A stretch of 64,000 nucleotides of DNA from an uncultured Acidobacteriota bacterium (lineage in GTDB: Bacteria; Acidobacteriota; Terriglobia; UBA7540): contig CAWDSK010000005.1 of NCBI GenBank assembly GCA_963804995.1, positions 160,001 to 224,000 of the forward strand, given 5' to 3'. The first letter of the stretch is position 1, and the number at the start of each line of letters is the position of its first letter. The notes beneath the pieces are model-generated. The model saw nothing but the letters and a program-made list of their open reading frames with translations, had not been told where the DNA came from and did not search any database. Positions 19,733 to 30,635 of this stretch are shown here, one piece after another. Position numbers and translations under genes: made by a program.

Positions 19733-21248
19733 ATGTCCTTACGCCTCTACAATACGTTGACCCGCCAGATCGATGAGTTCGCGCCGCTCGAAGGCAACAC
19801 GGTACGCATGTACACGTGCGGGCCCACGGTTTACGCCTTCGCGCACATCGGCAACTTCCGCACCTTCATTTTTCAGGATGTCCTTCGCCGCTACCTGAAG
19901 TATGCAGGTTACGAGCTTCGGCACGTCGTCAACCTCACGGACGTTGATGACAACACGATCCGCAATTCCCAGGCGGCGGGGATGCCGCTCCGCGCCTATA
20001 CCGACCAATATATCGACGCTTTCCTGATCGATCGGCAACTCCTCAACCTGGAGGAGCCGGAGTTTCTGGTTCGCGCCACGGACTGCATTCCGGAAATGGT
20101 GCGGCTCATCCAAACCCTTGTGGATAAGGGTGTTGCTTACTCCAGCGAAGGGTCGGTGTATTTTAAGGTTGCCGCCTTCCCGCCTTACGGCCAGTTGACC
20201 CACCTGGATCTTTCCAGCGTGCGCGCCGGCGCCCGCGTGGATACCGATAAATACGATAAGGAAAACGTCCGCGACTTTGTGCTGTGGAAAGCCGCCAAGG
20301 AAGGCGAGCCTTTCTGGGAAACTCCCTTCGGCCCCGGGCGGCCCGGCTGGCACATTGAGTGCTCCGCCATGTCGATGAAGTACCTGGGAGAAACCTTCGA
20401 CATCCACTCCGGCGGAAGCGATCTGATCTTTCCCCACCACGAAAATGAAATCGCGCAGAGCGAGGCGGCCACCGGCAAACCCTTCGTGAAATTCTGGGTG
20501 CACGTTCGAGCACCTGATCGTTAACGGTGAGAGTATGTCGAAATCACTCGGCAACTACTACACCTTGCGCGACCTGATCCAAAAAGGCTATAAGCCCTCG
20601 GCGGTCCGCTATCTTCTGGCCTCAGTGCCTTACCGCAAGCCCCTCAATTTCACTTTTGACGGGCTGCACCAGGCGCAGCAGTCGATCGACCGGCTGCGGA
20701 ATTTTCGCTTCCGCCTGACCAAAGAAAGTTTCCCAGCCGGAGAGAGTTCCGCCCTGCAAAATCGCGCGCGGGAGGCACGGGAGAAATTTGAAGCGGCGCT
20801 CAAAGACAATGTGAATACCGCAGAAGCGCTCGGCGCGATTTTCGATATGGTGCGCGACGGCAATACGGCGATGGACCGTGGGGACTTCCGTGACGGCGAC
20901 CGCGGCGCCTTCCTCGACACGCTCGAACGTTGGGACCGCGTCTTTGCCGTGCTCGACGATAACGACCACGCCAAGCTGGTAAAGTTCGGATTCGTCAAGC
21001 CGGTGGCGGCGGATTCGGGAGCCGGAACCGTCCGGGACGCCACGCCGCTCGAAGCAGGCAACTCTCAGCCGGCCGCGGTCCTGGTCGAAACCTTGGGCGA
21101 TGCGGAAATCGAAGGATTCATTCAGGAGCGTGTTGCCGCCCGGCGCCGGGGCGATTACGCGCGCTCCGACGAGATTCGAACGAACTTGCTTAACGCGGGT
21201 GTTATACTGGAAGATACGAAAGCTGGAACGCGTTGGAAGCGGAAGTAA
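19733..21248 (+). CDS. cysS: Cysteine--tRNA ligase; +1 frameshift at about 20505
   Basis: [24 protein letters not shown] and FPHHENE motifs. Removing one T at 20505/6 joins the two ORFs as [18 protein letters not shown]. Confidence 0.93.
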
Positions 21249-21391
21249 CCATGCGGAACCTGCAACATAGTCTTCCGTCATTGGCTCGGCCCAACCTTTT
21301 TGGGGGCGACTAATTCTCTCCGCTGTCTCCTCACCGAAGGACCTGGAACCTGGCATGAACGCTGCCCGATGCAGCGGAGAGGAGAGATTTC

Positions 21392-22730
21392 ATGGAAACC
21401 AAACTGCCACACATTACGACGCCTCTTCCCGGGCCCGAAGCCCAGAAGATTCTGGCGCTCGATAAGCAGTACGTTTCGCCATCCTATACACGTGATTATC
21501 CCCTGGTCGCCAAGCGCGGGCAGGGCGCGATTGTCGAGGACGTGGACGGCAATTACTTCCTGGACTTCGCCGCCGGCATCGCCGTGGTCTCAACCGGACA
21601 CTGCCACCCCGATGTGGTGCGGGTGATCCAGAAGCAGGCCGAAACCCTGATCCATATGTCGGGGACGGATTTCTATTACCCGCTTCTGGCGCAATTGGGC
21701 GAGAAGCTGGCGCAGATCACGCCGGGGAAATTCCCCAAGCGTGTGGCCTTCGGCAACTCCGGCGCGGAAGCCATCGAAGCGGCCATGAAGATTGCGCGCT
21801 TCCACACCAAGCGCCACCGCTTCATCGCTTTTCTGGGCGGATTCCACGGCCGGACGATGGGGGCGCTTTCACTCACCGCCAGCAAGACGGCGCAGCGGCG
21901 GGGATTCGGCCCGCTCGTGCCGGGTGTCGTGCACGTGCCTTTTGCCAATCCCTATCGCTGCCCCTCCGGGCACCGCGCTCCGGAATGTGTGTGCGATTGC
22001 ATCTGCTCGGACCATATCGAACGGCAACTGTTTAAGACCACCGTCCCACCCGATGAAGTCGCGGCCATCGTGGTTGAGCCCATCCAGGGCGAAGGCGGTT
22101 ACGTCGTTCCGCCCCCGGGGTTCCTCGACAACCTGCGGCGGCTGGCCGATAAGTACGGAATCCTGCTGATCTTCGATGAAGTGCAATGCGGCATGGGACG
22201 GACCGGCAAAATGTGGGCGTGCGAACACTTTGGTGTCGTGCCTGACATCCTGGTTGCGGCCAAGGGCCTGGCCTCCGGCATGCCGCTGGGTGTGACCGTG
22301 GCGCGCGCCGACCTGATGGATTGGGGACCGGGCGCGCATGCCTCAACCTTCGGGGGCAACCCGATCGCCTGCGCCGCGGCGCTGGAGACGATTCGCCTGG
22401 TGGAAGAGAAGTACATGCTGAATGCCGCCCGCCAGGGCGAGTACATCATGGGCAGACTCGCCGATTGGCCCCATAAGCATCGCATCGTGGGCCAAGTGCG
22501 CGGCCGCGGATTGATGATTGGAATCGAACTGGTCAAGAGCCAGGAGAGCCGTGAGCCGAATCCGGAGGCGCGCGGCAAGGTGATTGAGCGAGCCTTCCAA
22601 CAGGGTTTGCTGGTGCTCGGGTGCGGCGAAAGCACGATCCGGCTGATGCCGCCGTTGGTGATCGATCGGGATCAGGCGGATTTTGCGGTCGAACGTCCTG
22701 GATCGCTCCATCGCGGAAGTGGAACACTGA
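21392..22730 (+). CDS. Class III aminotransferase (acetylornithine/4-aminobutyrate family); +1 frameshift at about 22692 near the C-terminus
   Basis: NSGAEA, FHGRT, EPIQGEGG, DEVQCGMGRTG, AKGL and STFGGNP motifs. The corrected end reads FAVDVLDRSIAEVEH*. Confidence 0.88.
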
Positions 22731-22731
22731 A

Positions 22732-22846
22732 GTAGCGGCGAGTTTACCTCGCCATATTGCGGTCGTAGCGGCGAGTTTACCTCGCCATACGGCGGTCGTA
22801 GCGGCGAGTTTACCTCGCCATATGGCGGCGGTTAAGCCGCCTCTAC
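22732..22846. repeat. 3x33-bp GTAG REP-like tandem plus inverted partner
   Basis: GTAGCGGCGAGTTTACCTCGCCATA at 22732, 22765 and 22798, then ATGGCGGCGGTTAAGCCGCCTCTAC. Confidence 0.85.
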
Positions 22847-22877
22847 AACCAGCAGCACCACCGAAAGGCACGGCACG

Positions 22878-23342
22878 TTGAGCATCCTGGTGCAGGTCAT
22901 GTATCGTGCGCTGGTGTGGAAAGAACGCCAGCGGGCACGCTACGCCCCGCCACACCCGGCAGCTCCCCTGAGCGAGGCGGAGCATCTTAAGACCGGGGCG
23001 CGGGGCGAGACTCTGGCCTACTGGTATTTACGGCAAGCAGGTTATGCCATCGTGGCACGGAATCGCCGGGCCCGCTCCGGCGCCGGTGAAATCGACGTAA
23101 TCGGTTGGGATGGGCCGGTACTGTCTTTCGTGGAAATCAAGACGCGGATGACCGACCTGGCTGGCCCGCCCGAGGCTGCGGTCAATAAACCGAAACAAAA
23201 ACGTATTGCCAAGGCTGCCAAGGAATACATGCGGCGCATGGGGCCTAAGCCAGTCAGCTACCGGTTTGATATTGCCAGCGTCGCCTGGGATACGGGGGCG
23301 GGCTTGCAGGTTCGACTTATCAAGGACGCCTTTAAAGCATAA
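22878..23342 (+). CDS. YraN family (UPF0102) protein
   Basis: GARGE.LA, GEIDVI, FVEIKTR and YRFDI motifs. Confidence 0.88.
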   Translation: MSILVQVMYRALVWKERQRARYAPPHPAAPLSEAEHLKTGARGETLAYWYLRQAGYAIVARNRRARSGAGEIDVIGWDGPVLSFVEIKTRMTDLAGPPEAAVNKPKQKRIAKAAKEYMRRMGPKPVSYRFDIASVAWDTGAGLQVRLIKDAFKA

Positions 23343-23381
23343 GGCGAGGGAATAGGGGATAGGGAATACGGAAAAGGAGTA

Positions 23382-24401
23382 ATGACTTTGCCCGAACTTA
23401 GAAAAGATCCGGTCACAGGCCGCTGGGTTATTATCGCCACGGACCGGGCGAAACGGCCATCGGATTTTGTGCGTGATAAGGTGCAGATTCGGGGAGGCAG
23501 CTTCTGCCCCTTCTGCTACAACAATGAATCGAAGACCCCTCCGGAAATCCTCGCCTACCGGAGCGATGGCAGCCGGCCCAATGGTCCCGGGTGGTCGCTG
23601 CGCGTGGTGGCGAATAAATTTCCGGCCCTGGGAATCGAAGGCTCGCTGAACCGCCAGGGCGAAGGCCTCTACGACAAGATGAATGGCATCGGCGCGCATG
23701 AGGTCATCATCGAAACACCCAACCACAATCTGACCCTCGCCACCCTGCCGGCGCGCCAGATTGAGGACGTGCTTTGGGCTTATCGCGACCGCATTATCGA
23801 TTTGAAAAAGGACCGCCGCTTCAAGTACATCCTGATTTTCAAAAACCATGGCGATGCCGCGGGCGCGTCGCTGGAACATACGCACTCGCAACTGATCGCG
23901 CTGCCCGTGGTCCCCAAGCGGGTGACCGAGGAAGTGGCGGGCGCTCGCGACCATTTCAATTTCAAGGAACGCTGCATCTTTTGCGACATCATCCGGCAGG
24001 AAATCGACAGTAAAGTCCGGGTGATTTCTGAGAATGACGGCTTTCTGGCCATGGCGCCGTTCGCTCCGCGCTTCCCCTTCGAGATGTGGATCATTCCCAA
24101 AACCCATCAGTGCGCCTTCGAGGAATCGCAGAAGCGGGAGTTTGAGCAACTCGCGCCCATGCTCAGGGATATGCTGGCGCGCCTGGACCGGGTGCTGGAC
24201 TTCCCGGCGTATAACTACATCGTCCACACCTCGCCGATTGGGGAATCCGCCGAGGACTATTACCATTGGCACATGGAAATTATGCCCAAGCTCACCAAGG
24301 TGGCCGGATTCGAATGGGGAACGGGATTCTATATCAACCCCACGCCGCCGGAAGAGTCGGCAAAGTTCCTGCGTGAAGCCGCCATGCCCGTCAGCGTCTA
24401 G
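23382..24401 (+). CDS. galT: Galactose-1-phosphate uridylyltransferase
   Basis: ELRKDP...RAKRP, CPFC, NKFPAL and GASLEHTHSQ motifs. Confidence 0.92.
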   Translation: MTLPELRKDPVTGRWVIIATDRAKRPSDFVRDKVQIRGGSFCPFCYNNESKTPPEILAYRSDGSRPNGPGWSLRVVANKFPALGIEGSLNRQGEGLYDKMNGIGAHEVIIETPNHNLTLATLPARQIEDVLWAYRDRIIDLKKDRRFKYILIFKNHGDAAGASLEHTHSQLIALPVVPKRVTEEVAGARDHFNFKERCIFCDIIRQEIDSKVRVISENDGFLAMAPFAPRFPFEMWIIPKTHQCAFEESQKREFEQLAPMLRDMLARLDRVLDFPAYNYIVHTSPIGESAEDYYHWHMEIMPKLTKVAGFEWGTGFYINPTPPEESAKFLREAAMPVSV

Positions 24402-24550
24402 AGGTTTTCAGGGGGAAGAATCTTCCTGCCCTTGTCCCAGATGTGCGGCTCCGCGGGGCATAGCGCGCCAGGTCCCACCAAAAGAAGGGGGAACCCCACA
24501 AAATCCACCCCCGGAAATCGAGCCAAAATTTCAAGGGTGCGGCGCTACCC

Positions 24551-24790
24551 ATGGACTTGGAACTCCAGGTCGAATGCTATGCCGGTTATCGCGCCGACGA
24601 GCGTCCATTGCGTTTCAACTTCGTCGGGAAAACAGATGCAGCGAAGTATGAAATCAGTGAAGTCCTGGATCAGTGGTATGGAGTAGGATACCGTTGCTTC
24701 AAGGTTCGTACCGAGGATGGAAACATCTATATCCTCCGCCATCAGGAAGACACTGACCGCTGGCTTCTCGATTCTTTTCGGCGCGCTTGA
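24551..24790 (+). CDS. Conserved small hypothetical protein
   Basis: Protein-like composition (ECYAGYRADERP...DQWYG...FKV...YILR). Confidence 0.7.
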   Translation: MDLELQVECYAGYRADERPLRFNFVGKTDAAKYEISEVLDQWYGVGYRCFKVRTEDGNIYILRHQEDTDRWLLDSFRRA

Positions 24791-24948
24791 TCGAGAATCC
24801 ATCCATCCTCACTTGTTGATTCGCTTCGTATGAAGCAACCTCTGCTCACAAAACCGCGTCATGACATGTAGAGAAGAAATGTTCAAACAGCAGAAAGCCT
24901 TTTAGACCGTGGCCTCACCTAACCTGATGGGGAGCACGCCGGGACGAT

Positions 24949-25917
24949 ATGCAGAAAGGTGAGAGCATCATCTCCATTGCGCTGGCTGCAGTCGTATTCT
25001 TCGCCATCCTTGCCATCCAGCGTAGATGGAATCCCGCCAACCTGAAGGACGTCGCGAGTTCCGCGGAGGACTTCATCCTGACCACCACGGGCATCCGTGG
25101 CCAGGTTCCAGACATCGCCGGTTACGAAAGAGTCAAGACCTTCACGCTGGGGGATTATCGTGCCGGCCTGTACCGCGCCACGCCCGCGCCGTTGGTCTTC
25201 GCCTCGGGCCGCCTGGTGATTTACGACCGCGACGCCAAGCCGGTCTACTCCCAAGAGACTCTTGAAGGCTCGAAGGAACCCTGGACGGCTCTCTACGATT
25301 TCTCCGGCCGCCATGGACTCAGCGTGGCCGGCAGCCGGACGCGCCCCGACTACACTCGTGATCTTACCGGTGAGGGAATGCGGGAGATCGTCATCGGTCA
25401 GTATTCCGGCGGAGACCATTGCTGCACAGTGGCCACCATCATCACCCTGGGCCCTCATGCCGTCACCACCATCGGCCGCATCGATGGGCTCGATGGACTG
25501 CCTTTCGAGGGGTTGGAGGTTCGCAAGCTCAATAAAGATGCGAGCTGGGAATGCATCGCGCACCGCCCCTATGTGACAACCTGCGGCTCACATGGTGATG
25601 CCGCCGATGTGATCTCCATTTACGCTTTCGGGAATGGGCGCTACTCGGATCAGACAGCAAAGTTCGGTGACTACCTGCTGGAAGTGCTTCGCCAAAATCT
25701 GATGAAATGGCGGCAGGAAAAAAGCCGCAGCTTGAATCTCCTGCAAACATTGGCCATCAACTACGCCGCGCTTGGCCAGAGGGATGAGGGGAAACGCTTC
25801 TTTGCCTTGAACCTGAACCAGTTCATACCAGATCTTCAGAAGCAGGGCGTAGACCTCAATGCTTGCCAGGAAAGCCTGGAAGATCTTGTAGACCGCGTGC
25901 CCGCCGTGGGCCCGTAG
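24949..25917 (+). CDS. Membrane-anchored hypothetical protein
   Basis: N-terminal TM helix; DLTGEG..EIVI and SGGDHCC motifs; 322 aa. Confidence 0.75.
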   Translation: MQKGESIISIALAAVVFFAILAIQRRWNPANLKDVASSAEDFILTTTGIRGQVPDIAGYERVKTFTLGDYRAGLYRATPAPLVFASGRLVIYDRDAKPVYSQETLEGSKEPWTALYDFSGRHGLSVAGSRTRPDYTRDLTGEGMREIVIGQYSGGDHCCTVATIITLGPHAVTTIGRIDGLDGLPFEGLEVRKLNKDASWECIAHRPYVTTCGSHGDAADVISIYAFGNGRYSDQTAKFGDYLLEVLRQNLMKWRQEKSRSLNLLQTLAINYAALGQRDEGKRFFALNLNQFIPDLQKQGVDLNACQESLEDLVDRVPAVGP

Positions 25918-25958
25918 GCTCATTTTGGATTTGCGATTTTGGGTTGAGGAGGGTAAGA

Positions 25959-26206
25959 CCCCAATTATGGTTTTTGATTTCCGAGAATTCTCAAACGACA
26001 ACGTGACCCCTCACCCGTCCCGCCCCGGCTGATGACAACGCCGGCGGCGGTCCACCCTCTCCCCTCGGAGAGGGCTAGGCACCGTATATCCCACCCTTCT
26101 CCCAGGGGAGAAGGTGGCCGACGTAGGAGGACGGATGAGGGGTTACTTCCACGCGCGGGACGTCGGAACAATTTACAACTTATAAATTCAAAAACCATTA
26201 TTGGGG
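25959..26206. mobile_element. MITE-like element (ATGGTTTTTGA TIRs) containing the CCCCTCACCCGTCCCGCCCCGGCTG repeat
   Basis: Imperfect TIRs of about 22 bp; the internal repeat recurs near 12000, 34810, 58720 and 63144. Confidence 0.72.
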
Positions 26207-26253
26207 CGGATTTTGTTGGGCGGAGTCGCGCCTTAATCCAAAATCCAAAATTA

Positions 26254-27555
26254 TCACAGCACCGCTTCATCCCAATTTTCCAAAGTCTTCTTGATCTTCC
26301 CCATGAATTGTTCCGCTACTGCTCCATCCACCACGCGGTGATCATAGGAAATCGAAAGGTAGACCATGTGCCGGATGGCGATGGCGTCATCGCGGACCAC
26401 CGGACGCTTTTCGATCGCACCCACGCCCAGGATCGCCACCTGGGGTTGATGGATGATGGGCAGACCGAACAACCCGCCGAAGCCGCCTGGATTGGTAATG
26501 GTGAAGGTGCCGCCCTGCACGTCGTCCACACTCAGGTGCTTCGACCGCGCACGGTCGGCCAGGTCCTGAACGGCACGTGCCAATCCCAGAAAATTCTTCT
26601 CATCGGCCCGTTTGATAACCGGCACGATCAAGCCGTTATCCAGGGCCACAGCGATGCCGATATTCACGTCGCGTTTGTAGACAATGTTGGTTCCATCCAC
26701 GGAAGAATTAATGATCGGGGCTTCCTTGATGGCCTCCACCGCGGCCCGGACGAAGAAAGGCGTGAAAGTCAGTTTGAGGCCGTTGCGCTCTTCGAATTCT
26801 TTCTTGAAGCGCTCGCGGATAGCCACTACGCGCGTCATTTCAACTTCAATCACCGTGTAAACATGTGCCGAAGTGTGCTTACTCGTCACCATGTGCTCGG
26901 CGATCTGACGGCGCATGGGGGTCATGGATACTACCTGCGTCGCCCCCGTGAAGGTTATCTGTGGTGGAGCAACCTTCTGTGCCTCCGCTGCCGGTGAGGG
27001 AGCCGCGGCCGGTGGAGCGGGTGCGACTCCCCCGCCCGAGTTCTGCCGCTCGATGAAATCCAGGATGTCTTTCTTGCTAACCCTGCCTCCCAATCCCGTT
27101 CCTTTCACCTGACTTAAATTGACGTTGTGCTCACGTGCAATGCGTCGCACCAAAGGCGAGGTCCGGATATCCTCCGCCTCGCCACCTTCTTGTTCCTCGG
27201 CCGCAGGAGGGGCAGCAGGTGACGGTGCCGCGGATGTGGGGGGAGCCGGCGGAGCAGCAACGGGAACAGCCTCTGGCCTGGCGGTGGGGGCTGGCGCTGG
27301 AGCCGCAACCGCGGCGCCGTCGCCATCGATCACCGCTACCACCGCGTTCACGGCCACGGTTTCGTTTTCGCTGACGAGGATCTTGGTCAGGATTCCTGCC
27401 GCGGGTGAAGGGATCTCCGCATCGACCTTGTCGGTCGAGATCTCAAACAACGGCTCGTCGCGTTCGATGCGCTCACCGACCTTCTTCATCCATTTGGTGA
27501 TCGTTCCTTCCGCAATACTCTCCCCCATCTGGGGCATGATGACATTCGTGGGCAT
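26254..27555 (-). CDS. 2-oxoacid dehydrogenase E2 (dihydrolipoamide acyltransferase)
   Basis: Lipoyl domain ISTDKV, E3-binding GTGLGGRVSKKD, catalytic DHRVVDG. Confidence 0.92.
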   Translation of the reverse strand: MPTNVIMPQMGESIAEGTITKWMKKVGERIERDEPLFEISTDKVDAEIPSPAAGILTKILVSENETVAVNAVVAVIDGDGAAVAAPAPAPTARPEAVPVAAPPAPPTSAAPSPAAPPAAEEQEGGEAEDIRTSPLVRRIAREHNVNLSQVKGTGLGGRVSKKDILDFIERQNSGGGVAPAPPAAAPSPAAEAQKVAPPQITFTGATQVVSMTPMRRQIAEHMVTSKHTSAHVYTVIEVEMTRVVAIRERFKKEFEERNGLKLTFTPFFVRAAVEAIKEAPIINSSVDGTNIVYKRDVNIGIAVALDNGLIVPVIKRADEKNFLGLARAVQDLADRARSKHLSVDDVQGGTFTITNPGGFGGLFGLPIIHQPQVAILGVGAIEKRPVVRDDAIAIRHMVYLSISYDHRVVDGAVAEQFMGKIKKTLENWDEAVL

Positions 27556-27668
27556 CGTTAACCTCATTGAGCGATTGAGTGACTGAGCGATTGAGCCATG
27601 CAAAGGGCGTTAGTTGCCGCTTCGCAAAGCAAACCTGTAGTCACTAAATCACTCCATCACCAAATATC

Positions 27669-28643
27669 TTAATAACTCGCCAACTTCCTCGCCGCCTCTA
27701 CCACCTTCTGCGCGTTAGGCAGGAAGTATTCTTCGAGCGGCGGCGAGAAGGGCACAGGTGTGTCAGGCGCGGTAACCCGCACGATGGGGCCATCCAGGTC
27801 CTCAAAAGCCTTCTCTGCTATCACAGCCGCAAGTTCGCCCGCCATGCCGCCGGTGCGCGTGTCCTCGTGCAGCAGGATTACCTTGCCGCACTTGCGCACG
27901 CTGGCCAGCACTGCCTCTTCATCGTAGGGCAGCAGGCTGCGGAGGTCAACGACCTCGAGTGACAGCCCCTCTTTCTCCAGTTCGAGCGCGGCGTCGAGCG
28001 CAGTCCAGACCATGGCGCCGTAAGTTATCACGGCAATGTCTGTGCCGGGGCGGCGCACTGCAGCCTTGCCGATGGGCACCACATAATCCCCGTCCGGAAT
28101 TTCTTCCTTGATGCGCCGGTAAAGGAATTTGTGCTCGTAAAAGATCACCGGGTTGTCATCGCGGATGGCGGCTTTCATCAATCCCTTGGCGTCGTATGCT
28201 GTCGCGGGCGCCACCACCTTCAGGCCCGGCGTATGCACGAACCACATCTCGTTTGACTGTGAGTGATAGGGCCCGCCATGAACGCCTGCGCCGGAGGGCC
28301 CACGGATGACGATCGGCACCGCCGGACCCCAGCGGTAATGAATCTTCGCCGCCATGTTCACAATCTGGTTAAAGCCGCTGGCAATGAAATCCATGAACTG
28401 CATTTCGACCACCGGCCGCATGCCCATCAACGCCGCACCGGTGGCCGCGCCCACGATGGCTGATTCCGCGATCGGCGTGTCGATCACGCGCTCCGCACCG
28501 AATTTCTCAAGCATGCCGGCCGTCACCTTGAAGGCGCCGCCGTACACCCCAATATCTTCGCCCATCACGAAGACCGAGGGATCGCGTTCCATCTCCTCCC
28601 AGATGCCCTGGCGAAGGGCTTCGAGGTAGGTCACTTGCGGCAT
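27669..28643 (-). CDS. 2-oxoacid dehydrogenase E1 beta subunit
   Basis: GEDIG, DTPIAES, HSQS and VDLRSL motifs. Confidence 0.92.
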   Translation of the reverse strand: MPQVTYLEALRQGIWEEMERDPSVFVMGEDIGVYGGAFKVTAGMLEKFGAERVIDTPIAESAIVGAATGAALMGMRPVVEMQFMDFIASGFNQIVNMAAKIHYRWGPAVPIVIRGPSGAGVHGGPYHSQSNEMWFVHTPGLKVVAPATAYDAKGLMKAAIRDDNPVIFYEHKFLYRRIKEEIPDGDYVVPIGKAAVRRPGTDIAVITYGAMVWTALDAALELEKEGLSLEVVDLRSLLPYDEEAVLASVRKCGKVILLHEDTRTGGMAGELAAVIAEKAFEDLDGPIVRVTAPDTPVPFSPPLEEYFLPNAQKVVEAARKLASY

Positions 28644-28811
28644 GATTTCATCGCTCCTGATTTGACCGATTCAATCATCGGGCCATCGGTTCGCTGAGTG
28701 ATTAGACGGCTTGGCATTTGATTGATCTGAAGGCACGTAGAATTTCGGCATTTGTTCATTCGCCCCATGACCAAATCAGTCGATGAATCAATCACCCGAT
28801 GGCCAGATGGC

Positions 28812-29840
28812 TCAATTCCTTTTCCACCAACAATTCGGCTCGCAGTAAACTCCCTCCACCGCATCTTCTCCACGAGGGAAAGGCCGAGCCTCGGCGTTGG
28901 CAATGGCAGCGTCGATTTCGTCGCGAACCTGCCGGTCGACCTCATCAATCTGCTTCCGCGTCAGGATCTTCTTGGCGAGCAGGTGCTTTTCGAGTCGCAG
29001 GATGGGATCCTTCTTTGCCCAGGCCAGTTTCAGTTTCTCCGGCACATATTCCGCAGCGTCGTGAGCAGAATGACCCGTCATGCGGAACGAGACGCATTCA
29101 AGAAAACTGGGACCTTTGCCGGCCCGGGCGCGCGCGATGGCTCGCCCGACGGCATCGTATACGGCCAGCACGTCACAGCCATCTACCTGCTCGCCCGGCA
29201 TCCCGTAAGCAGGGCCGCGCACCGCCAGCGACTTCACCGCATATTGCATGTCAGTCGGGGTCGAATAAGCGTACTGATTGTTGTTGCAGATAAAAATCAC
29301 CGGCAGCTTCATGACCGCGGCAAAGTTCATGGCTTCATGAACGTCACCCAGGCTGGTGGTCCCCTCTCCAAAATGCACAAGGGCCACGTTTCCCTGGCCT
29401 CGTTGCTTCAGGACCAACCCCACCCCGCAGGCCACCGGCGCGGTTGCGCCCAGCGGCGAGATGATGGGAATAATGCCGAGCTTCATATCTCCGATGTGAA
29501 TGGTGTTATCGCGGCCGCGATTGGGCGAGTCGGCGCGCCCCAGCCAGTTCGCAAAGATATCGGCAAGCGGAAACCCACGAATCACAAAAACAGAAAGATC
29601 GCGGTGGCAGGGCAGAGTCACGTCCCCCGCGCCCATCGCCATCGCCGCGCCCACGCCAATCGCTTCCTGCCCGCGCCCCACATAGACTCCGCCCACAATC
29701 TTGCCTTGCCGGTAGAGCACCTGCTCGATGCGCCAATCCGACTCCCGCGTGAGCTTGAGGTAGTAGAGCATGCGCTCAAGCGTCACAGCATCAGGCTTCG
29801 TACTGGGTTTCGACTTTTTCGCGAGCGTTGTACTCTTCAT
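28812..29840 (-). CDS. 2-oxoacid dehydrogenase E1 alpha subunit
   Basis: GQEA, TPP motif GEG...HEAMN...NNQY, and RMTGHS. Confidence 0.92.
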   Translation of the reverse strand: MKSTTLAKKSKPSTKPDAVTLERMLYYLKLTRESDWRIEQVLYRQGKIVGGVYVGRGQEAIGVGAAMAMGAGDVTLPCHRDLSVFVIRGFPLADIFANWLGRADSPNRGRDNTIHIGDMKLGIIPIISPLGATAPVACGVGLVLKQRGQGNVALVHFGEGTTSLGDVHEAMNFAAVMKLPVIFICNNNQYAYSTPTDMQYAVKSLAVRGPAYGMPGEQVDGCDVLAVYDAVGRAIARARAGKGPSFLECVSFRMTGHSAHDAAEYVPEKLKLAWAKKDPILRLEKHLLAKKILTRKQIDEVDRQVRDEIDAAIANAEARPFPRGEDAVEGVYCEPNCWWKRN

Positions 29841-30505
29841 CTCAAACTTCTCAACTCTTCGACCGCTCGCACATCCAGCCCGAACACCTGGCCAAAATGC
29901 TCAACCACCCGCTCAGTGACCGTATTCATTTCTACCGGCTTGCCCAGGAGTTTCGCGAGTGACGTCACGCCTTTGTCGCGCAGGCCGCAGGGGACAATCC
30001 ATTCGAAGTACCGCAGGTCGGTATTCACATTGAACGCGAAGCCGTGCGAAGTAACCCAGCGCGACAGATGCACGCCCATCGCCGCCAGCTTGTCGTTTCC
30101 GACCCAGACACCCGGCGCGCCCGGCGAGCGCCCAGATTCAATGCCGAAATCGTGAGCGGTGCGAATCAGGACTTCCTCGAGCGAGCGCATGTACCAGGAA
30201 ATATCCCGTCGATGCCGGGTGAGGTCGAGGATGGGGTAACCCACCAACTGGCCGGGGCCGTGATAGGTCACATCGCCGCCGCGGTCAGTTTCAAAAACTT
30301 CGGCGCCGCGCGAGGCCAGCCACTCCACCGACACCAGCAGATTCTCGTGCCGGGCGTTGCGGCCCAGCGTGTAGACAGGCGGGTGCTCGAGCAGCAAAAG
30401 TGTGTCGGGGATCTCGTCCAACTTGCGCTGCGCGACTTTAACCCTTTGCAGCTCGATCGCCTCCGCGTAATCCACCAGCCCGAGTTGTTCGACTTGGAGA
30501 ATCAT
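29837..30505 (-). CDS. lipB: Lipoyl(octanoyl) transferase
   Basis: EHPPVYTLG, RGGDVTYHGPGQ, HGFAFN and IVPCG motifs. Confidence 0.94.
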   Translation of the reverse strand: MILQVEQLGLVDYAEAIELQRVKVAQRKLDEIPDTLLLLEHPPVYTLGRNARHENLLVSVEWLASRGAEVFETDRGGDVTYHGPGQLVGYPILDLTRHRRDISWYMRSLEEVLIRTAHDFGIESGRSPGAPGVWVGNDKLAAMGVHLSRWVTSHGFAFNVNTDLRYFEWIVPCGLRDKGVTSLAKLLGKPVEMNTVTERVVEHFGQVFGLDVRAVEELRSLR

Positions 30506-30635
30506 GGGAAGAAGGTGTCAGGCGCCAGGGTGAAGTGTAAAGGGTAAAGTGTAAAGGATGAAGTCTTTTACACTTCACCCTTTACACCTTACCCTTTTCT
30601 TTGGCCCCTGACACCTGGTACCTGACACCTAGTTC

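Noticed and set aside
19733..21248. Genuinely split or pseudogenised cysS
   Set aside because: One-base repair restores an intact, normally essential gene; the context is shared with two other frameshifts.
22732..22846. Mini-CRISPR
   Set aside because: Spacers are only 8 bp and near-identical; the GTAG hairpin is REP-like.
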